Assembly (NCBI GenBank): GCA_965202625.1
Contig: CBDBBI010000010.1
Coordinates: 1,504,001-1,568,000 of the forward strand
DNA from: a bacterium
GTDB taxonomy: Bacteria > UBA8248
DNA length: 64,000 nucleotides
Direction: 5' to 3'
The notes beneath the pieces were generated by a model, which was not told where the DNA came from, did no database searches, and was given only the letters and a program-made list of their open reading frames with translations. Made by a program: the position numbers and the translations under genes. Positions 62,707-64,000 of the stretch are shown here, one piece after another. Each line of letters begins with the position of its first letter. Within the stretch, counting starts at the first letter, position 1.

Positions 62707-64000
62707 TCATTCCCAAAAACTCAAACCCTCGCCCTTCGCCCACTCGATGAACGCCTCCGCTATCCCGTCGGGCAGTTCTCCGTCCTGATTGTGCAAGTCG
62801 TGCGCGACGATGAGATGTCCGTGCTTGTCCAGCTTCTCGCGCCCGTCCCCGCCCTTGAGGTGAACGTAATCGCCCGAGTTGTTCTTGCCGCCCTTTTGGG
62901 ATACGCCGAAAAAAACAGGGTAGTCCTCGGCTCTCGGGCAGAGAGGGCCTTTCTTCGGATCGTCGTTCCATTTCTGTGCGAACAGCACACTGGTCTTAGT
63001 GCCCGTGTGAGGCTTGAAAGTGTTGCCGTGCAGACCTACCACCGCCAGAATGCGCGCGCGGGCGGCGATAAAATCCCGCACCCGCTTATCGGACGTGTTG
63101 TTGAACCTGCCTTGGGGCAGCACGATGGCCATGCGTCCGCCGGGCCTCAGAAAATCGAGGTTTCTCTCGATGAACAGGATGTCCCGCCCGACGTTGTTCT
63201 GCCACTTGCCGTTTTCTTTCCGCCCGAGTTCGTATTGATGCAGAATGCGGCTTTCCCTGACGTCTCCGGCGAAGGGCGGATTCGCCATCAGAAGGTCGAA
63301 GTCAAACCGCCTGTTCTCGCCTTCCAGGGATCTCCGTTTCTTGAGCCTGTCGAAACCCTTGCCGTAGGTGGTGCTCCATTTTCCGTCCCTCTCCGTCCTA
63401 TCCTCCCAGCGTTCAAAGTCCAGCGTGTTCAGGTGCAGGACGTTGGTTTCGCCGTCGCCTGCGATCAGGTTCAGCGTTCGGGCGACGCGCACGGTTCTTT
63501 CGTCGAAGTCGATGCCGAAAACCCTGAGGGCATCTTCTTTGTCTTGTTCTGAAATCGCCGCGTTGGTGAACAGATGGCCCGTGATCTGAAAGATGGTGTG
63601 CACCGGAAAGCCGCAGCTGCCCGAGGCGGTGTCTATCATATATTCGCCGGGCTTGGGATGGAGCATTTTCACGCACATGTCGATCACGTGGCGAGGGGTG
63701 AAATACTGCCCCTTGTCGCCCTTCGCGGATTGGTGAACCAGATATTCAAAGGCTTCGTCTATGACGAGAAGGTTGGAGTTGAACAGCTTGACGTCCTGTA
63801 ATCTGGAAACGCAGACCGCCAGATGGCTGTCTGTGAGCTCAAACGTCGCCGCGTCGGGAAACACGCCCGGCCATTGTTCTTTCGCGTCGTTGAAAAGTTT
63901 TGAAACCTTGGTTTTCAGCCCCGCGTCCGTCTGACCGGTGTTTCTGAACTCCATGGCGCGGAAACCTTTGTCGTCCAGCCCGGCGAGGCGTTTCTTGATC
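62707..64000 (-). CDS. N-6 DNA methylase (type I M / IIB-IIG-like), 5' part outside window
   Basis: KGQYFTPR, DTASGSCGF, MANPPF, LFIER, GRMAIVLPQG; frame stays open to window edge. Confidence 0.9.
   Translation of the reverse strand, partial: IKKRLAGLDDKGFRAMEFRNTGQTDAGLKTKVSKLFNDAKEQWPGVFPDAATFELTDSHLAVCVSRLQDVKLFNSNLLVIDEAFEYLVHQSAKGDKGQYFTPRHVIDMCVKMLHPKPGEYMIDTASGSCGFPVHTIFQITGHLFTNAAISEQDKEDALRVFGIDFDERTVRVARTLNLIAGDGETNVLHLNTLDFERWEDRTERDGKWSTTYGKGFDRLKKRRSLEGENRRFDFDLLMANPPFAGDVRESRILHQYELGRKENGKWQNNVGRDILFIERNLDFLRPGGRMAIVLPQGRFNNTSDKRVRDFIAARARILAVVGLHGNTFKPHTGTKTSVLFAQKWNDDPKKGPLCPRAEDYPVFFGVSQKGGKNNSGDYVHLKGGDGREKLDKHGHLIVAHDLHNQDGELPDGIAEAFIEWAKGEGLSFWE

Overview
High-GC bacterial chromosomal window; the lineage cannot be fixed from sequence alone. 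Core/metabolic content: aroE, a CoA-transferase, a complete cofactor F420 biosynthesis operon (cofG, cofH, FrhB-like, nitroreductase, cofD, cofC, cofE), a CdaA-YbbR diadenylate cyclase, three LLM-class oxidoreductases, amtB, LysR-gltBD, metF, peroxiredoxin, Mn-SOD, tRNA-Thr and tRNA-Lys, a MaoC/acyl-CoA ligase cluster, fumC and acnA. Between amtB and LysR-gltBD lies a ~15 kb accessory block bounded by imperfect direct repeats. It carries an adenylate cyclase, HigBA, a type ISP-like restriction-modification fusion, a CocE hydrolase, a tandem-duplicated lipoprotein gene and a compact type V CRISPR system. That system is the main finding: one 603-aa TnpB/RuvC effector resembling Cas12m (V-M/V-U1) next to a 13-repeat array, with no cas1/cas2 nearby and a canonical D-E-D RuvC triad. 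Two adjacent spacers are synonymous-codon variants of the same protospacer, and the newest spacer resembles a C5 DNA methyltransferase motif. Also seen: an unassigned structured ncRNA candidate at ~10.8-11.1 kb, a Fic gene, and two further restriction-modification loci, one with signs of cassette exchange. All product calls come from motif recognition by eye; no database searches were run.
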